Notes: generated by a model not told the origin, from the letters alone. A stretch of DNA of 64,000 nucleotides from Escherichia coli (GCF_030013595.1 NZ_CP122768.1), one strand, 5' to 3'; positions 1-12,700 are shown, counted from the first letter of the stretch. Translations and numbers: made by a program.

Positions 1-2
1 GC

Positions 3-803
3 ATGAAACGAATTAACGCTCTGACGATTGCCGGTACTGATCCCAGTGGTGGTGCGGGGATTCAGGCCGATCTTAAAACCTTCTCGGCACTTGGCGCTTA
101 TGGTTGCTCAGTTATTACTGCACTGGTGGCGCAAAATACCCGTGGCGTACAGTCGGTGTATCGCATTGAGCCTGATTTTGTCGCCGCCCAGCTCGATTCG
201 GTGTTCAGCGATGTGCGAATCGACACCACTAAAATCGGTATGTTGGCGGAAACCGATATTGTTGAAGCGGTGGCAGAACGGTTGCAACGTTATCAGATCC
301 AAAACGTGGTACTCGACACCGTTATGCTGGCAAAAAGCGGCGACCCGCTGCTTTCACCTTCGGCGGTTGCTACGTTGCGCAGTCGATTATTGCCACAGGT
401 TTCATTAATAACGCCAAACTTGCCCGAAGCTGCTGCCTTGCTCGACGCGCCACACGCGCGCACCGAACAGGAAATGCTGGAACAAGGGCGATCGCTGTTG
501 GCGATGGGCTGTGGCGCAGTGCTAATGAAAGGTGGTCATCTGGATGATGAGCAAAGCCCGGACTGGCTGTTTACCCGCGAGGGTGAACAACGGTTTACCG
601 CACCGCGCATTATGACCAAAAACACCCACGGCACTGGTTGTACGCTCTCTGCGGCGTTGGCTGCACTACGCCCGCGCCATACAAACTGGGCTGACACCGT
701 ACAGGAGGCAAAAAGCTGGCTTTCATCAGCATTAGCCCAGGCCGACACGCTGGAAGTTGGTCACGGTATTGGTCCGGTTCACCACTTCCACGCCTGGTGG
801 TGA
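3..803 (+). CDS. thiD: hydroxymethylpyrimidine / phosphomethylpyrimidine kinase
   Basis: 266-aa ORF; N-terminus MKRINALTIAGTDPSGGAGIQADL recognised as ThiD; ATG at nt 3, so the upstream gene lies outside the window. Confidence 0.9.
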   Translation: MKRINALTIAGTDPSGGAGIQADLKTFSALGAYGCSVITALVAQNTRGVQSVYRIEPDFVAAQLDSVFSDVRIDTTKIGMLAETDIVEAVAERLQRYQIQNVVLDTVMLAKSGDPLLSPSAVATLRSRLLPQVSLITPNLPEAAALLDAPHARTEQEMLEQGRSLLAMGCGAVLMKGGHLDDEQSPDWLFTREGEQRFTAPRIMTKNTHGTGCTLSAALAALRPRHTNWADTVQEAKSWLSSALAQADTLEVGHGIGPVHHFHAWW

Positions 804-858
804 GCACCGTACTATAGCTGCTTTGGTTATTGTCAGCCTTTGGCACTGACATTCAGGG

Positions 859-1686
859 ATGAAACCAATGCAGCTGAGAATCACCAGTCGAAAAAAATTC
901 ACCGCTTTATTATGCGCTCTTGGGCTAATTTCCATCGTTGCAATTTGTCCACGTCAGACGGTGAATTTTTTCTATTCGACAGCAGTTCAGATTAAAGACT
1001 ACATCCACTTCTACGGTTATCGCCCGGTTAAATCTTTCGCTATTCGCATTCCTGCCAGTTACACCATTCACGGAATAGATGTTTCGCGCTGGCAGGAGCG
1101 GATCGACTGGCAGCGGGTGGCAAAAATGCGCGACAACGGTATCCGCTTACAGTTTGCTTTTATTAAGGCGACGGAAGGCGAAAAGCTGGTGGACCCCTAT
1201 TTTTCGCGTAACTGGCAACTAAGCCGCGAAAATGGCCTGCTGCGCGGGGCGTATCATTATTTCTCCCCGTCGGTAGCAGCGCCTGTTCAGGCGCGATTAT
1301 TTCTGCAAACGGTGGATTTCTCACAAGGCGATTTCCCTGCCGTGCTGGACGTAGAAGAACGGGGAAAATTATCGGCAAAAGAATTACGCAAGAGGGTAAG
1401 TCAGTGGCTAAAAATGGTCGAAAAAAGTACGGGGAAAAAGCCGATTATTTACTCAGGAGCCGTTTTTTATCACACGAATCTGGCGGGCTATTTCAATGAA
1501 TATCCGTGGTGGGTGGCTCACTACTATCAACGTCGTCCGGACAATGACGGCATGTCCTGGCGCTTCTGGCAGCATTCCGACCGTGGACAGGTAGATGGCA
1601 TCAATGGTCCGGTGGATTTTAATGTGTTTAATGGCACGGTGGAGGAGTTGCAGGCATTCGTTGATGGGATTAAAGAAACGCCTTAA
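859..1686 (+). CDS. yegX: GH25 lysozyme-like glycoside hydrolase family protein
   Basis: 275-aa ORF with an N-terminal hydrophobic segment; position after thiD and sequence recognised as YegX; true start may be a few codons downstream. Confidence 0.8.
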   Translation: MKPMQLRITSRKKFTALLCALGLISIVAICPRQTVNFFYSTAVQIKDYIHFYGYRPVKSFAIRIPASYTIHGIDVSRWQERIDWQRVAKMRDNGIRLQFAFIKATEGEKLVDPYFSRNWQLSRENGLLRGAYHYFSPSVAAPVQARLFLQTVDFSQGDFPAVLDVEERGKLSAKELRKRVSQWLKMVEKSTGKKPIIYSGAVFYHTNLAGYFNEYPWWVAHYYQRRPDNDGMSWRFWQHSDRGQVDGINGPVDFNVFNGTVEELQAFVDGIKETP

Positions 1687-1737
1687 ATAAGAAGCAGTGA
1701 TATACTCCCACCAGACTCCCTGGCAGGAAAAAGACAA

Positions 1738-2484
1738 ATGGAACAAGCGCATACCCAGCTGATTGCCCAACTGAACGAGCGTATTTTAGCGGCGGATAAC
1801 ACGCCGCTTTATATTAAGTTTGCCGAAACGGTAAAAAATGCCGTGCGCAGCGGGGTGCTGGAGCATGGCAATATTTTGCCCGGTGAGCGTGATTTAAGTC
1901 AGTTAACCGGCGTTTCGCGCATTACGGTGCGCAAGGCGATGCAGGCGCTGGAAGAAGAGGGCGTGGTGACGCGTTCGCGTGGTTACGGCACGCAGATCAA
2001 CAACATCTTCGAATACTCGTTGAAAGAAGCGCGAGGTTTTTCTCAGCAGGTGGTATTGCGCGGGAAAAAGCCCGATACGCTATGGGTTAACAAGCGTGTC
2101 GTGAAATGTCCCGAAGAAGTCGCGCAGCAGCTGGCGGTCGAAGCGGGAAGTGATGTCTTTTTGCTTAAGCGTATTCGCTATGTCGATGAAGAAGCGGTAT
2201 CGATTGAGGAATCGTGGGTTCCGGCGCATTTAATTCATGATGTTGATGCCATCGGGATTTCACTTTATGACTATTTCCGCAGCCAGCACATTTACCCACA
2301 ACGTACGCGTTCCCGCGTTAGCGCCCGGATGCCGGATGCCGAGTTTCAGTCACATATTCAGTTAGATAGCAAAATACCGGTGCTGGTGATCAAGCAAGTG
2401 GCGCTTGACCAACAGCAACGGCCTATTGAGTACAGCATTAGCCACTGTCGCAGCGATCTATACGTTTTTGTGTGCGAGGAGTAG
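1738..2484 (+). CDS. yegW: GntR/HutC-family transcriptional regulator
   Basis: 248-aa ORF; N-terminal winged-HTH region (LPGERDLSQLTGVSRITVRKAM) typical of GntR regulators; recognised as YegW. Confidence 0.85.
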   Translation: MEQAHTQLIAQLNERILAADNTPLYIKFAETVKNAVRSGVLEHGNILPGERDLSQLTGVSRITVRKAMQALEEEGVVTRSRGYGTQINNIFEYSLKEARGFSQQVVLRGKKPDTLWVNKRVVKCPEEVAQQLAVEAGSDVFLLKRIRYVDEEAVSIEESWVPAHLIHDVDAIGISLYDYFRSQHIYPQRTRSRVSARMPDAEFQSHIQLDSKIPVLVIKQVALDQQQRPIEYSISHCRSDLYVFVCEE

Positions 2485-3423
2485 TTCCTCGCGCGTTGGC
2501 GCACAATCACCGCCCCGATGCCCGACAACCCACGACGCCACTGCATTGCCCAGTAATACGGCATCCGCCAGTGGCAGACCAGAGGCCAGCCCGGCAAGTA
2601 CGCCACCGGCATGACTGTCGCCCGCCCCAATGGTGTCGACAACTTGCGTTGGAAATGCCGGAATGCAGCCAGAAGCGTCGTTGCTGAAATACCATGCGCC
2701 TTCTTTATCGAGACGAACGATCAACGGCGCGGCAAATTTCTCCTGCCATTGCTTGCCAAGTGTTGTTATCTCTGCGGATAAAGCAAAACGTTCGGCGGCA
2801 ATCTCAGCCTCTTGACGATTGAGCGACACTAAAGGTCGACAGGCCATGATCCGCGCCAGTAATGCATCCGGGATATCGCCAATACGTGGGCCAAAATCGA
2901 TAAACGGCGTCACGTCTTGCAGCTCTTCCAGCCATTCCACTAACAATTCGCCGCAGGGCGAGGCCAGTTGATAACCGGAAAAATAGAGCAGGCTGCCAGG
3001 CGCAACGGTTAATCGCGCCAGCCACTGGCGATTCCACTGATTTTCCACACCGCTGAATGACATAAAAGTGCGTTCGCCATCCGGCTCAACCAGCGCCAGA
3101 CACCAGCCGTTATCACCTTCGGCGTTATCGATCAGGCTGATTAAGCCCTCTTTTGCCATCCGGTTGCGAATAATCTCCGCCCACACGCCCTGACCGAGCG
3201 GCAAGGCATTACCCGCTTCGATGCCGAGGCGCTTTAACGCCACGGCAATATTCAGTGCGCAGCCGCCAACGTTAACGCTCTGCTGTTTCAGTTCGATATC
3301 GCACCCACGCCAGGGGAGGGCATAAGCGTCGGCGATCACGTCAATGACCGCCGCGCCGACGACCATCACCGGCTGACGCGTGGTTAATTCAGGCAGCAGC
3401 GTGTGTAATCGAGCGCCGCTCAT
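2458..3423 (-). CDS. yegV: PfkB/ribokinase-family sugar or nucleoside kinase
   Basis: 321-aa ORF; C-terminal TIGAGDSHAGG matches the PfkB signature; 3' end overlaps yegW by 27 nt (convergent). Confidence 0.85.
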   Translation of the reverse strand: MSGARLHTLLPELTTRQPVMVVGAAVIDVIADAYALPWRGCDIELKQQSVNVGGCALNIAVALKRLGIEAGNALPLGQGVWAEIIRNRMAKEGLISLIDNAEGDNGWCLALVEPDGERTFMSFSGVENQWNRQWLARLTVAPGSLLYFSGYQLASPCGELLVEWLEELQDVTPFIDFGPRIGDIPDALLARIMACRPLVSLNRQEAEIAAERFALSAEITTLGKQWQEKFAAPLIVRLDKEGAWYFSNDASGCIPAFPTQVVDTIGAGDSHAGGVLAGLASGLPLADAVLLGNAVASWVVGHRGGDCAPTREELLLAHKNV

Positions 3424-4424
3424 ACCGCCTCCCGTTGTTGACGATATTTCGCCAGCGCTGTGGCATAGCGGTTGAAATCAAGCTGATTTACCGCATCCAG
3501 TTCCGCCTTTAACGCAGGATCGATAGCGTTAACGCCATGCAACGCGCCGCAAATTGCCGTCGCCATAGCACCGATGGTGTCTGTGTCGCCGCCAAGGTTA
3601 GCGCACAGGACGGCGCAGCGATTCGGGTCGGTTTGTGCCAGTTCAACCAGCGCAATGGCGCACGGAACGGACTCAATAGTGCTGGTACCTGCGCCAACGA
3701 CCTGGTAAAGCTGTTCGCTGGCGGATTCGGTGCCGTCGGCATTGCGCACAATTTTCAGCGCAATCTCCAGCCGCGCCGCCAGTGAGGCGCTGAACGTAGT
3801 GATGCGTTTTTGCTGTGCATGTCGCGCAATTGAAGGCAGGGAATCAACAATCGCTGACCAGCTTTCTCCGTCAATGGCACGAGAAATCGCCCATGCGATG
3901 ACTACCGCGCCTGCAACCGCCAGATCGGATTTATGGGTCGGGCTGGACGCCAGCGCTACATCATCAATAAAGGAATCAACATCACGCGCCGGAAGCAAAC
4001 AACCTAATGGCGAGACGCGCATCGCTGCGCCGTTGGTCACGCCGTTGTTTTCCAGTTCAGCAACGGGTTTACCGTCGCGAATGGCGTTAAGCGCAATCTT
4101 CGAGGTCGGACCTAGCACGTTTTTGTTGAAGGCGTCGAAACGCAGCGCCCAGTCGAGGATATTACGCCCAATCAGATCCGGATCGATCTTGCCTTTACGT
4201 TCCAGCAACGCATCCGCCAGACACAGCGCCATCGAGGTATCGTCGGTGAATTCGGCGCGGTTAAAATAACAGGCCGCGTTATTCTCCTTTGGTCCAGGCA
4301 GAAAACGGTCAATCCAGCCAAAGTGTGCTTTAACGCGGCTGCGTGGCCAAAGCTCGGAGGGCATCCCCATCGCATCCCCTAACGCCTGCCCATAAAGAGC
4401 ACCGAGAATACGTTCTGTTTTCAT
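3420..4424 (-). CDS. yegU: ADP-ribosylglycohydrolase-family hydrolase
   Basis: 334-aa ORF; start overlaps the yegV region by 4 nt and its stop overlaps the yegT start (operon arrangement); recognised as YegU. Confidence 0.85.
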   Translation of the reverse strand: MKTERILGALYGQALGDAMGMPSELWPRSRVKAHFGWIDRFLPGPKENNAACYFNRAEFTDDTSMALCLADALLERKGKIDPDLIGRNILDWALRFDAFNKNVLGPTSKIALNAIRDGKPVAELENNGVTNGAAMRVSPLGCLLPARDVDSFIDDVALASSPTHKSDLAVAGAVVIAWAISRAIDGESWSAIVDSLPSIARHAQQKRITTFSASLAARLEIALKIVRNADGTESASEQLYQVVGAGTSTIESVPCAIALVELAQTDPNRCAVLCANLGGDTDTIGAMATAICGALHGVNAIDPALKAELDAVNQLDFNRYATALAKYRQQREAV

Positions 4425-5698
4425 TTAACTTCCCCTTGTGTCAACGCAATATCGCGATCATCGACCTTGATAGCCGTAATTTCGTTGTCGGATTCGCGGA
4501 AAAAAATCATGAACAGCACGGCGATAATGGCAATCATCACCGCGCCAAAAGTCCACATCCCGGACCAGTTGAAAGTCAGTCCGTTTACCGGTTCCTGATA
4601 AGCGAACATCTTTTCCATCATCACACCGCCAAGACGATAGCCGAGCAAACTGCCGAAGCCCTGGCAGCAGAGCGTGATCAGCCCCTGCGCGGCGGTACGC
4701 ATATGCACGGGGGCTTTTTTATCGACATAGATGTAAGCGGTAACGTAGTAAAAATCGTAACTTACGCCGTGAAGCAAAATACCGAGGAACAGTAACGCGT
4801 AGGTGAAATATTCATCCGCACTACCGTAAATAAAGAAGCCATAGCGGATCGCAGCGGTGACCAGACCAAGCAATAATACCTTTTTGATACCAAAGCGTTT
4901 AGTGAAAAACGGTAATGCCAGCATAAAGAATATTTCAGAGAACTGGCCGAGCGTCATCCAGCCGGTGGCATTTTTCATGCCGACTTCGGTCAGATAACCG
5001 TTGGCAAAGATGTAATAGAACGCCAGTGGCATCGCAAACAGGAATGAACAGAAGAAAAAGACGAGGAAGTTTTTATCGCGCAGCAGGATCAGCGCATCCA
5101 GGCCGAGCATGACTTTAATATCCATTTTGCCGGTGCTTTTTGGTGGCGTGTCGGGCAGGAAAAACGCAAACACACCGAGCAGAGCAGAACTTCCGGCGGT
5201 AATCAGCAGCGGGATGTTAGTCGGTGAGATATCGGCATACCCCAGTATTTGCGGCAAGAAACCACATGCCAGACCGGAGGCAATCCAGCCGATAGTGCCC
5301 ATCACACGAATGCGCGGGAAATCACGCTCCACATCCGGCACGTTGGCAAAAGCGATGCTGTTAGTCAGCGCAATGGTCGGCATATAGGTTAGAGAGTAAG
5401 CCAGCAGTAACGGAAAGAACCCGGCAAAAGTGGTCTGTTGCGCAGCGAAATACATCAGCAGCGCGCCTGCGAACATCAATACCGCCAGCACTTTTTGCGC
5501 CGAGAAAAAGCGGTCAGTGATGGAGCCAACCAGAATTGGCGACAGGATCGCCGCAATGGCGGTACAGGCATACGACCAGCCAATTTCTCCGGCACTAAAA
5601 CCGCTTTTACTTAACCACAACCACAATGGCACAAACCACGCGCCCCAGATAAACCATTCAACAAACATCATGAACGACAGCTTTGCTGTTGTTTTCAT
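4421..5698 (-). CDS. yegT: nucleoside:H+ symporter family MFS transporter
   Basis: 425-aa ORF, highly hydrophobic with multiple predicted TM segments; first gene of the yegTUV operon. Confidence 0.85.
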   Translation of the reverse strand: MKTTAKLSFMMFVEWFIWGAWFVPLWLWLSKSGFSAGEIGWSYACTAIAAILSPILVGSITDRFFSAQKVLAVLMFAGALLMYFAAQQTTFAGFFPLLLAYSLTYMPTIALTNSIAFANVPDVERDFPRIRVMGTIGWIASGLACGFLPQILGYADISPTNIPLLITAGSSALLGVFAFFLPDTPPKSTGKMDIKVMLGLDALILLRDKNFLVFFFCSFLFAMPLAFYYIFANGYLTEVGMKNATGWMTLGQFSEIFFMLALPFFTKRFGIKKVLLLGLVTAAIRYGFFIYGSADEYFTYALLFLGILLHGVSYDFYYVTAYIYVDKKAPVHMRTAAQGLITLCCQGFGSLLGYRLGGVMMEKMFAYQEPVNGLTFNWSGMWTFGAVMIAIIAVLFMIFFRESDNEITAIKVDDRDIALTQGEVK

Positions 5699-5954
5699 CT
5701 TTTAATTCCTTCATGACAGGTAATGTAAGGTACGCGATGACAATACCACTTAATAATACCTTTTAAATACCTTTACGGTGAAAACTTGACCGCGCTAACA
5801 TTTTTTCTGATGAATCGAGCCAACAGAAAACGCTGAAAAAACATCCAAAAGATGGAAAAACTCGCCCGTAACGACCAGGATTATGATTGCCCGCAAAAGG
5901 CGGGCCAGGACAATCCATAGCCGATATCCAATCGGAATTTACGGGAGCATAGTA

Positions 5955-7007
5955 ATGACAGATATTGCGCAGTTGCTTGGCAAAGACGCCGACAACCTTT
6001 TACAGCACCGTTGTATGACAATTCCTTCTGACCAGCTTTATCTCCCCGGACATGACTACGTAGACCGCGTAATGATTGACAATAATCGCCCGCCAGCGGT
6101 GTTACGTAATATGCAGACGTTGTACAACACCGGGCGTCTGGCTGGCACAGGATATCTTTCTATTCTGCCGGTTGACCAGGGCGTTGAGCACTCTGCCGGA
6201 GCTTCATTTGCTGCTAACCCGCTCTACTTTGACCCGAAAAACATTGTTGAACTGGCGATCGAAGCGGGCTGTAACTGTGTGGCATCAACTTACGGCGTGT
6301 TGGCGTCGGTATCGCGGCGCTATGCGCATCGCATTCCATTTCTCGTCAAACTTAATCACAACGAGACGCTAAGTTACCCGAATACCTACGATCAAACGCT
6401 GTATGCCAGCGTGGAGCAGGCTTTCAACATGGGCGCGGTGGCGGTTGGTGCGACTATCTATTTTGGCTCGGAAGAGTCACGTCGCCAGATTGAAGAAATT
6501 TCTGCGGCTTTTGAACGTGCGCACGAGCTGGGCATGGTGACCGTGCTGTGGGCCTATTTGCGTAACTCCGCCTTTAAGAAAGATGGCGTTGATTACCATG
6601 TTTCCGCCGACCTGACCGGTCAGGCAAACCATCTGGCGGCAACCATAGGTGCAGATATCGTCAAACAAAAAATGGCGGAAAATAACGGCGGCTATAAAGC
6701 GATTAATTACGGTTACACCGACGATCGTGTTTACAGCAAATTGACTAGCGAAAACCCGATTGATCTGGTGCGTTATCAGTTAGCTAACTGCTATATGGGC
6801 CGGGCTGGGTTGATAAACTCCGGCGGTGCTGCGGGCGGTGAAACTGACCTCAGCGATGCAGTGCGTACTGCGGTTATCAACAAACGCGCTGGCGGAATGG
6901 GGCTGATTCTTGGACGTAAGGCGTTCAAGAAATCGATGGCTGACGGCGTGAAACTGATTAACGCCGTGCAGGACGTTTATCTCGATAGCAAAATTACTAT
7001 CGCCTGA
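5955..7007 (+). CDS. fbaB: fructose-bisphosphate aldolase class I
   Basis: ORF track extends to 5883, but the internal ATG at 5955 ([19 protein letters not shown]) gives the 350-aa FbaB with a GGGAG Shine-Dalgarno 8 nt upstream. Confidence 0.88.
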
Positions 7008-7011
7008 TACG

Positions 7012-7175
7012 CCTTATACGAACAACACCACCCCGTAGGACGGATAAGGCGTTTACGCTGCATCCGGCAACCTATGCCTGATGCGACGCTGAAGCGTCTT
7101 ATCATGCCTACATAGCACTGCCACGTATGTCGGAAAAGGCGTTTACACCGCATCCGGCATAAAAACACGCGCACT
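7012..7175. repeat. REP (repetitive extragenic palindromic) elements
   Basis: Several copies of the GCCGGATGCGGCGT / CGCCTTATCCGGC-type palindromic unit between fbaB and gatY. Confidence 0.7.
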
Positions 7176-7182
7176 TTGCTAC

Positions 7183-7210
7183 GGCTTCCCTATCGGGAGG
7201 CCGTTTTTTT
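7183..7210 (+). terminator. intrinsic terminator downstream of fbaB
   Basis: GGCTTCCC-tatc-GGGAGGCC hairpin followed directly by GTTTTTTT. Confidence 0.6.
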
Positions 7211-7271
7211 GCCTTTCACACCTCGAACAATTTTCATATTGTCGTTTTGTGATCGTTATCTCGACATTTAA

Positions 7272-8196
<925 letters not shown>

Positions 8197-8197
8197 T

Positions 8198-9471
<1,274 letters not shown>

Positions 9472-9480
9472 GGACGGTAT

Positions 9481-9843
9481 ATGACTAACCTGTTTGTTCG
9501 TAGCGGAATTTCTTTTGTCGATCGTAGCGAAGTTTTAACCCATATCGGTAATGAGATGCTCGCCAAAGGTGTGGTTCATGATACCTGGCCACAGGCATTA
9601 ATTGCCAGAGAAGCAGAATTCCCTACCGGGATAATGCTTGAGCAGCACGCCATTGCAATACCGCATTGTGAGGCGATTCATGCTAAGTCGTCAGCCATTT
9701 ATCTGTTAAGGCCAACAAATAAAGTTCATTTTCAGCAAGCGGATGATGATAACGACGTGGAGGTATCGTTGGTTATTGCGTTGATTGTGGAAAATCCGCA
9801 GCAGCAATTGAAACTTTTACGCTGTTTATTTGACAAGTTATAA
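9481..9843 (+). CDS. gatA: PTS galactitol-specific EIIA component, truncated by a premature TAA
   Basis: 120-aa ORF ending at TAA 9841-9843; the same frame continues for 29 codons to a TAA at 9931-9933, giving a 150-residue product of typical EIIA size. Confidence 0.75.
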   Translation: MTNLFVRSGISFVDRSEVLTHIGNEMLAKGVVHDTWPQALIAREAEFPTGIMLEQHAIAIPHCEAIHAKSSAIYLLRPTNKVHFQQADDDNDVEVSLVIALIVENPQQQLKLLRCLFDKL

Positions 9844-9963
9844 CAGCCCGATATCGTCGAGACACTAATCACTCTTCCTGAAACCCAGTTAAAGGAATAC
9901 TTCACAAAGTATGTTTTAGATTCAGACGAATAAATCCCTCTGTAACAATAAAAAGGACTATTT

Positions 9964-10248
9964 ATGAAACGCAAGATTATTGTCGCTTGCGGAGGCGCGG
10001 TTGCGACCTCTACGATGGCGGCGGAAGAAATTAAAGAGTTGTGTCAGAATCATAATATTCCTGTTGAATTAATCCAGTGTCGGGTTAATGAAATAGAAAC
10101 CTATATGGATGGTGTGCATTTGATATGCACCACTGCCAAAGTGGATCGTAGTTTTGGCGATATTCCGTTAGTTCACGGCATGCCTTTTATTTCTGGTGTC
10201 GGTATCGAAGCATTACAAAATAAAATTCTGACTATCTTACAGGGGTGA
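9964..10248 (+). CDS. gatB: PTS galactitol-specific EIIB component
   Basis: 94-aa ORF with the cysteine-containing N-terminus ([11 protein letters not shown]) typical of EIIB. Confidence 0.9.
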   Translation: MKRKIIVACGGAVATSTMAAEEIKELCQNHNIPVELIQCRVNEIETYMDGVHLICTTAKVDRSFGDIPLVHGMPFISGVGIEALQNKILTILQG

Positions 10249-10251
10249 CCT

Positions 10252-11607
10252 ATGTTTTCAGAAGTCATGCGTTATATTCTCGACCTCGGCCCTACGGTGA
10301 TGCTTCCGATTGTCATCATTATTTTTTCTAAAATATTAGGCATGAAGGCAGGCGATTGCTTTAAAGCGGGTCTGCATATCGGGATTGGCTTTGTTGGCAT
10401 TGGCCTTGTGATTGGCTTAATGCTGGATTCCATTGGTCCGGCGGCGAAAGCGATGGCGGAAAATTTCGACCTGAATCTGCATGTGGTCGATGTCGGCTGG
10501 CCGGGCTCTTCACCAATGACCTGGGCGTCGCAAATTGCGCTGGTGGCGATTCCGATTGCGATTCTGGTTAACGTGGCGATGTTACTGACCCGTATGACGC
10601 GGGTGGTAAATGTTGATATCTGGAATATCTGGCATATGACCTTCACCGGCGCGTTGCTGCATCTGGCAACCGGTTCATGGATGATAGGGATGGCAGGTGT
10701 GGTAATTCACGCGGCGTTTGTTTATAAGCTCGGCGACTGGTTTGCCCGCGATACCCGAAATTTCTTTGAGCTGGAAGGTATTGCTATTCCGCACGGTACG
10801 TCGGCGTATATGGGGCCGATTGCGGTGCTGGTCGATGCTATCATCGAGAAAATCCCAGGCGTTAACCGAATTAAATTTAGCGCCGACGATATTCAGCGCA
10901 AATTTGGTCCATTTGGCGAGCCTGTCACCGTGGGTTTTGTGATGGGGCTGATTATCGGCATCCTCGCGGGTTACGATGTCAAAGGTGTATTGCAGCTGGC
11001 GGTAAAAACGGCGGCAGTTATGCTGCTGATGCCACGGGTGATTAAACCCATCATGGATGGTTTAACGCCCATCGCTAAGCAGGCTCGTAGTCGTTTACAG
11101 GCGAAGTTCGGCGGTCAGGAGTTCCTGATTGGCCTTGATCCGGCGTTGCTGCTGGGACATACGGCGGTGGTATCGGCAAGCCTGATTTTTATCCCACTCA
11201 CCATTTTAATTGCTGTTTGTGTGCCGGGTAATCAGGTGCTGCCGTTTGGCGATCTTGCCACTATCGGCTTCTTTGTGGCGATGGCGGTCGCGGTGCATCG
11301 TGGAAATCTGTTCCGCACCTTAATCTCGGGTGTCATCATTATGAGCATCACCCTGTGGATCGCGACGCAAACTATTGGTTTGCACACCCAACTGGCGGCT
11401 AATGCTGGGGCGTTAAAAGCCGGGGGTATGGTGGCTTCAATGGATCAGGGCGGTTCTCCCATTACCTGGTTACTGATTCAGGTTTTCTCCCCGCAAAATA
11501 TTCCCGGTTTCATTATTATCGGCGCAATTTATCTTACCGGTATTTTCATGACCTGGCGTAGAGCGCGTGGTTTTATTAAACAAGAGAAAACCGTTCTCGC
11601 AGAATAA
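10252..11607 (+). CDS. gatC: PTS galactitol-specific EIIC permease
   Basis: 451-aa polytopic membrane ORF immediately after gatB. Confidence 0.9.
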   Translation: MFSEVMRYILDLGPTVMLPIVIIIFSKILGMKAGDCFKAGLHIGIGFVGIGLVIGLMLDSIGPAAKAMAENFDLNLHVVDVGWPGSSPMTWASQIALVAIPIAILVNVAMLLTRMTRVVNVDIWNIWHMTFTGALLHLATGSWMIGMAGVVIHAAFVYKLGDWFARDTRNFFELEGIAIPHGTSAYMGPIAVLVDAIIEKIPGVNRIKFSADDIQRKFGPFGEPVTVGFVMGLIIGILAGYDVKGVLQLAVKTAAVMLLMPRVIKPIMDGLTPIAKQARSRLQAKFGGQEFLIGLDPALLLGHTAVVSASLIFIPLTILIAVCVPGNQVLPFGDLATIGFFVAMAVAVHRGNLFRTLISGVIIMSITLWIATQTIGLHTQLAANAGALKAGGMVASMDQGGSPITWLLIQVFSPQNIPGFIIIGAIYLTGIFMTWRRARGFIKQEKTVLAE

Positions 11608-11654
11608 TTTTTACCTGAGGGGGAGGTTATCCCCCTTAACAATCAGGAGTTTTT

Positions 11655-12695
11655 ATGAAATCAATGGTGAATGATACTGATGGTATAGTGCGCGTTGCAG
11701 AAAGCGTCATTCCTGAAATTAAACATCAGGATGAGGTGCGGGTAAAAATTGCCAGCTCGGGCTTATGTGGTTCCGATTTACCCAGGATATTTAAAAATGG
11801 TGCACATTATTATCCAATAACGTTAGGCCATGAATTTAGCGGCTATATTGATGCGGTGGGATCCGGTGTTGATGATTTACACCCTGGCGATGCGGTTGCC
11901 TGTGTGCCGTTATTACCCTGTTTTACTTGTCCAGAGTGTTTGAAAGGGTTTTATTCCCAGTGTGCAAAATATGATTTTATTGGCTCGCGGCGTGATGGTG
12001 GATTTGCTGAATATATTGTCGTTAAGCGAAAAAATGTCTTTGCTCTACCCACGGATATGCCTATTGAGGATGGGGCTTTTATTGAGCCGATTACCGTTGG
12101 CCTGCATGCTTTTCATTTAGCGCAAGGTTGTGAGAATAAAAACGTTATTATTATTGGTGCCGGAACCATTGGCCTGCTGGCTATTCAGTGCGCTGTCGCG
12201 CTGGGAGCAAAGAGTGTGACGGCGATCGACATTAGCTCAGAAAAACTGGCACTGGCAAAATCTTTCGGTGCGATGCAAACATTTAACAGTAGCGAAATGA
12301 GCGCGCCGCAAATGCAGAGCGTTTTACGCGAACTGCGCTTTAATCAGCTTATCCTCGAGACGGCTGGCGTACCGCAAACTGTCGAACTGGCGGTAGAGAT
12401 TGCCGGTCCTCATGCCCAACTGGCGCTGGTGGGCACGTTGCATCAGGATCTGCATTTAACATCGGCAACGTTTGGCAAAATATTGCGTAAAGAGCTGACG
12501 GTTATCGGCAGTTGGATGAACTACTCCAGCCCTTGGCCGGGGCAGGAGTGGGAAACGGCGAGCCGGTTGCTGACAGAACGTAAGTTAAGCCTGGAGCCAT
12601 TAATCGCTCACCGTGGAAGCTTTGAAAGCTTCGCCCAGGCGGTGCGTGACATCGCTCGTAATGCCATGCCGGGCAAAGTGTTGCTCATTCCCTGA
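11655..12695 (+). CDS. gatD: galactitol-1-phosphate 5-dehydrogenase (zinc-dependent MDR family)
   Basis: 346-aa ORF with Zn-ADH motifs (GHEFSGY..., GAGTIGL Rossmann motif). Confidence 0.9.
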   Translation: MKSMVNDTDGIVRVAESVIPEIKHQDEVRVKIASSGLCGSDLPRIFKNGAHYYPITLGHEFSGYIDAVGSGVDDLHPGDAVACVPLLPCFTCPECLKGFYSQCAKYDFIGSRRDGGFAEYIVVKRKNVFALPTDMPIEDGAFIEPITVGLHAFHLAQGCENKNVIIIGAGTIGLLAIQCAVALGAKSVTAIDISSEKLALAKSFGAMQTFNSSEMSAPQMQSVLRELRFNQLILETAGVPQTVELAVEIAGPHAQLALVGTLHQDLHLTSATFGKILRKELTVIGSWMNYSSPWPGQEWETASRLLTERKLSLEPLIAHRGSFESFAQAVRDIARNAMPGKVLLIP

Positions 12696-12700
12696 AACCG

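Noticed and set aside
7248-7266. Possible CRP site (TGTGA-N6-TCTCG) upstream of gatY
   Set aside because: Only the left half-site matches the consensus and the right half is poor; not supportable without binding data.
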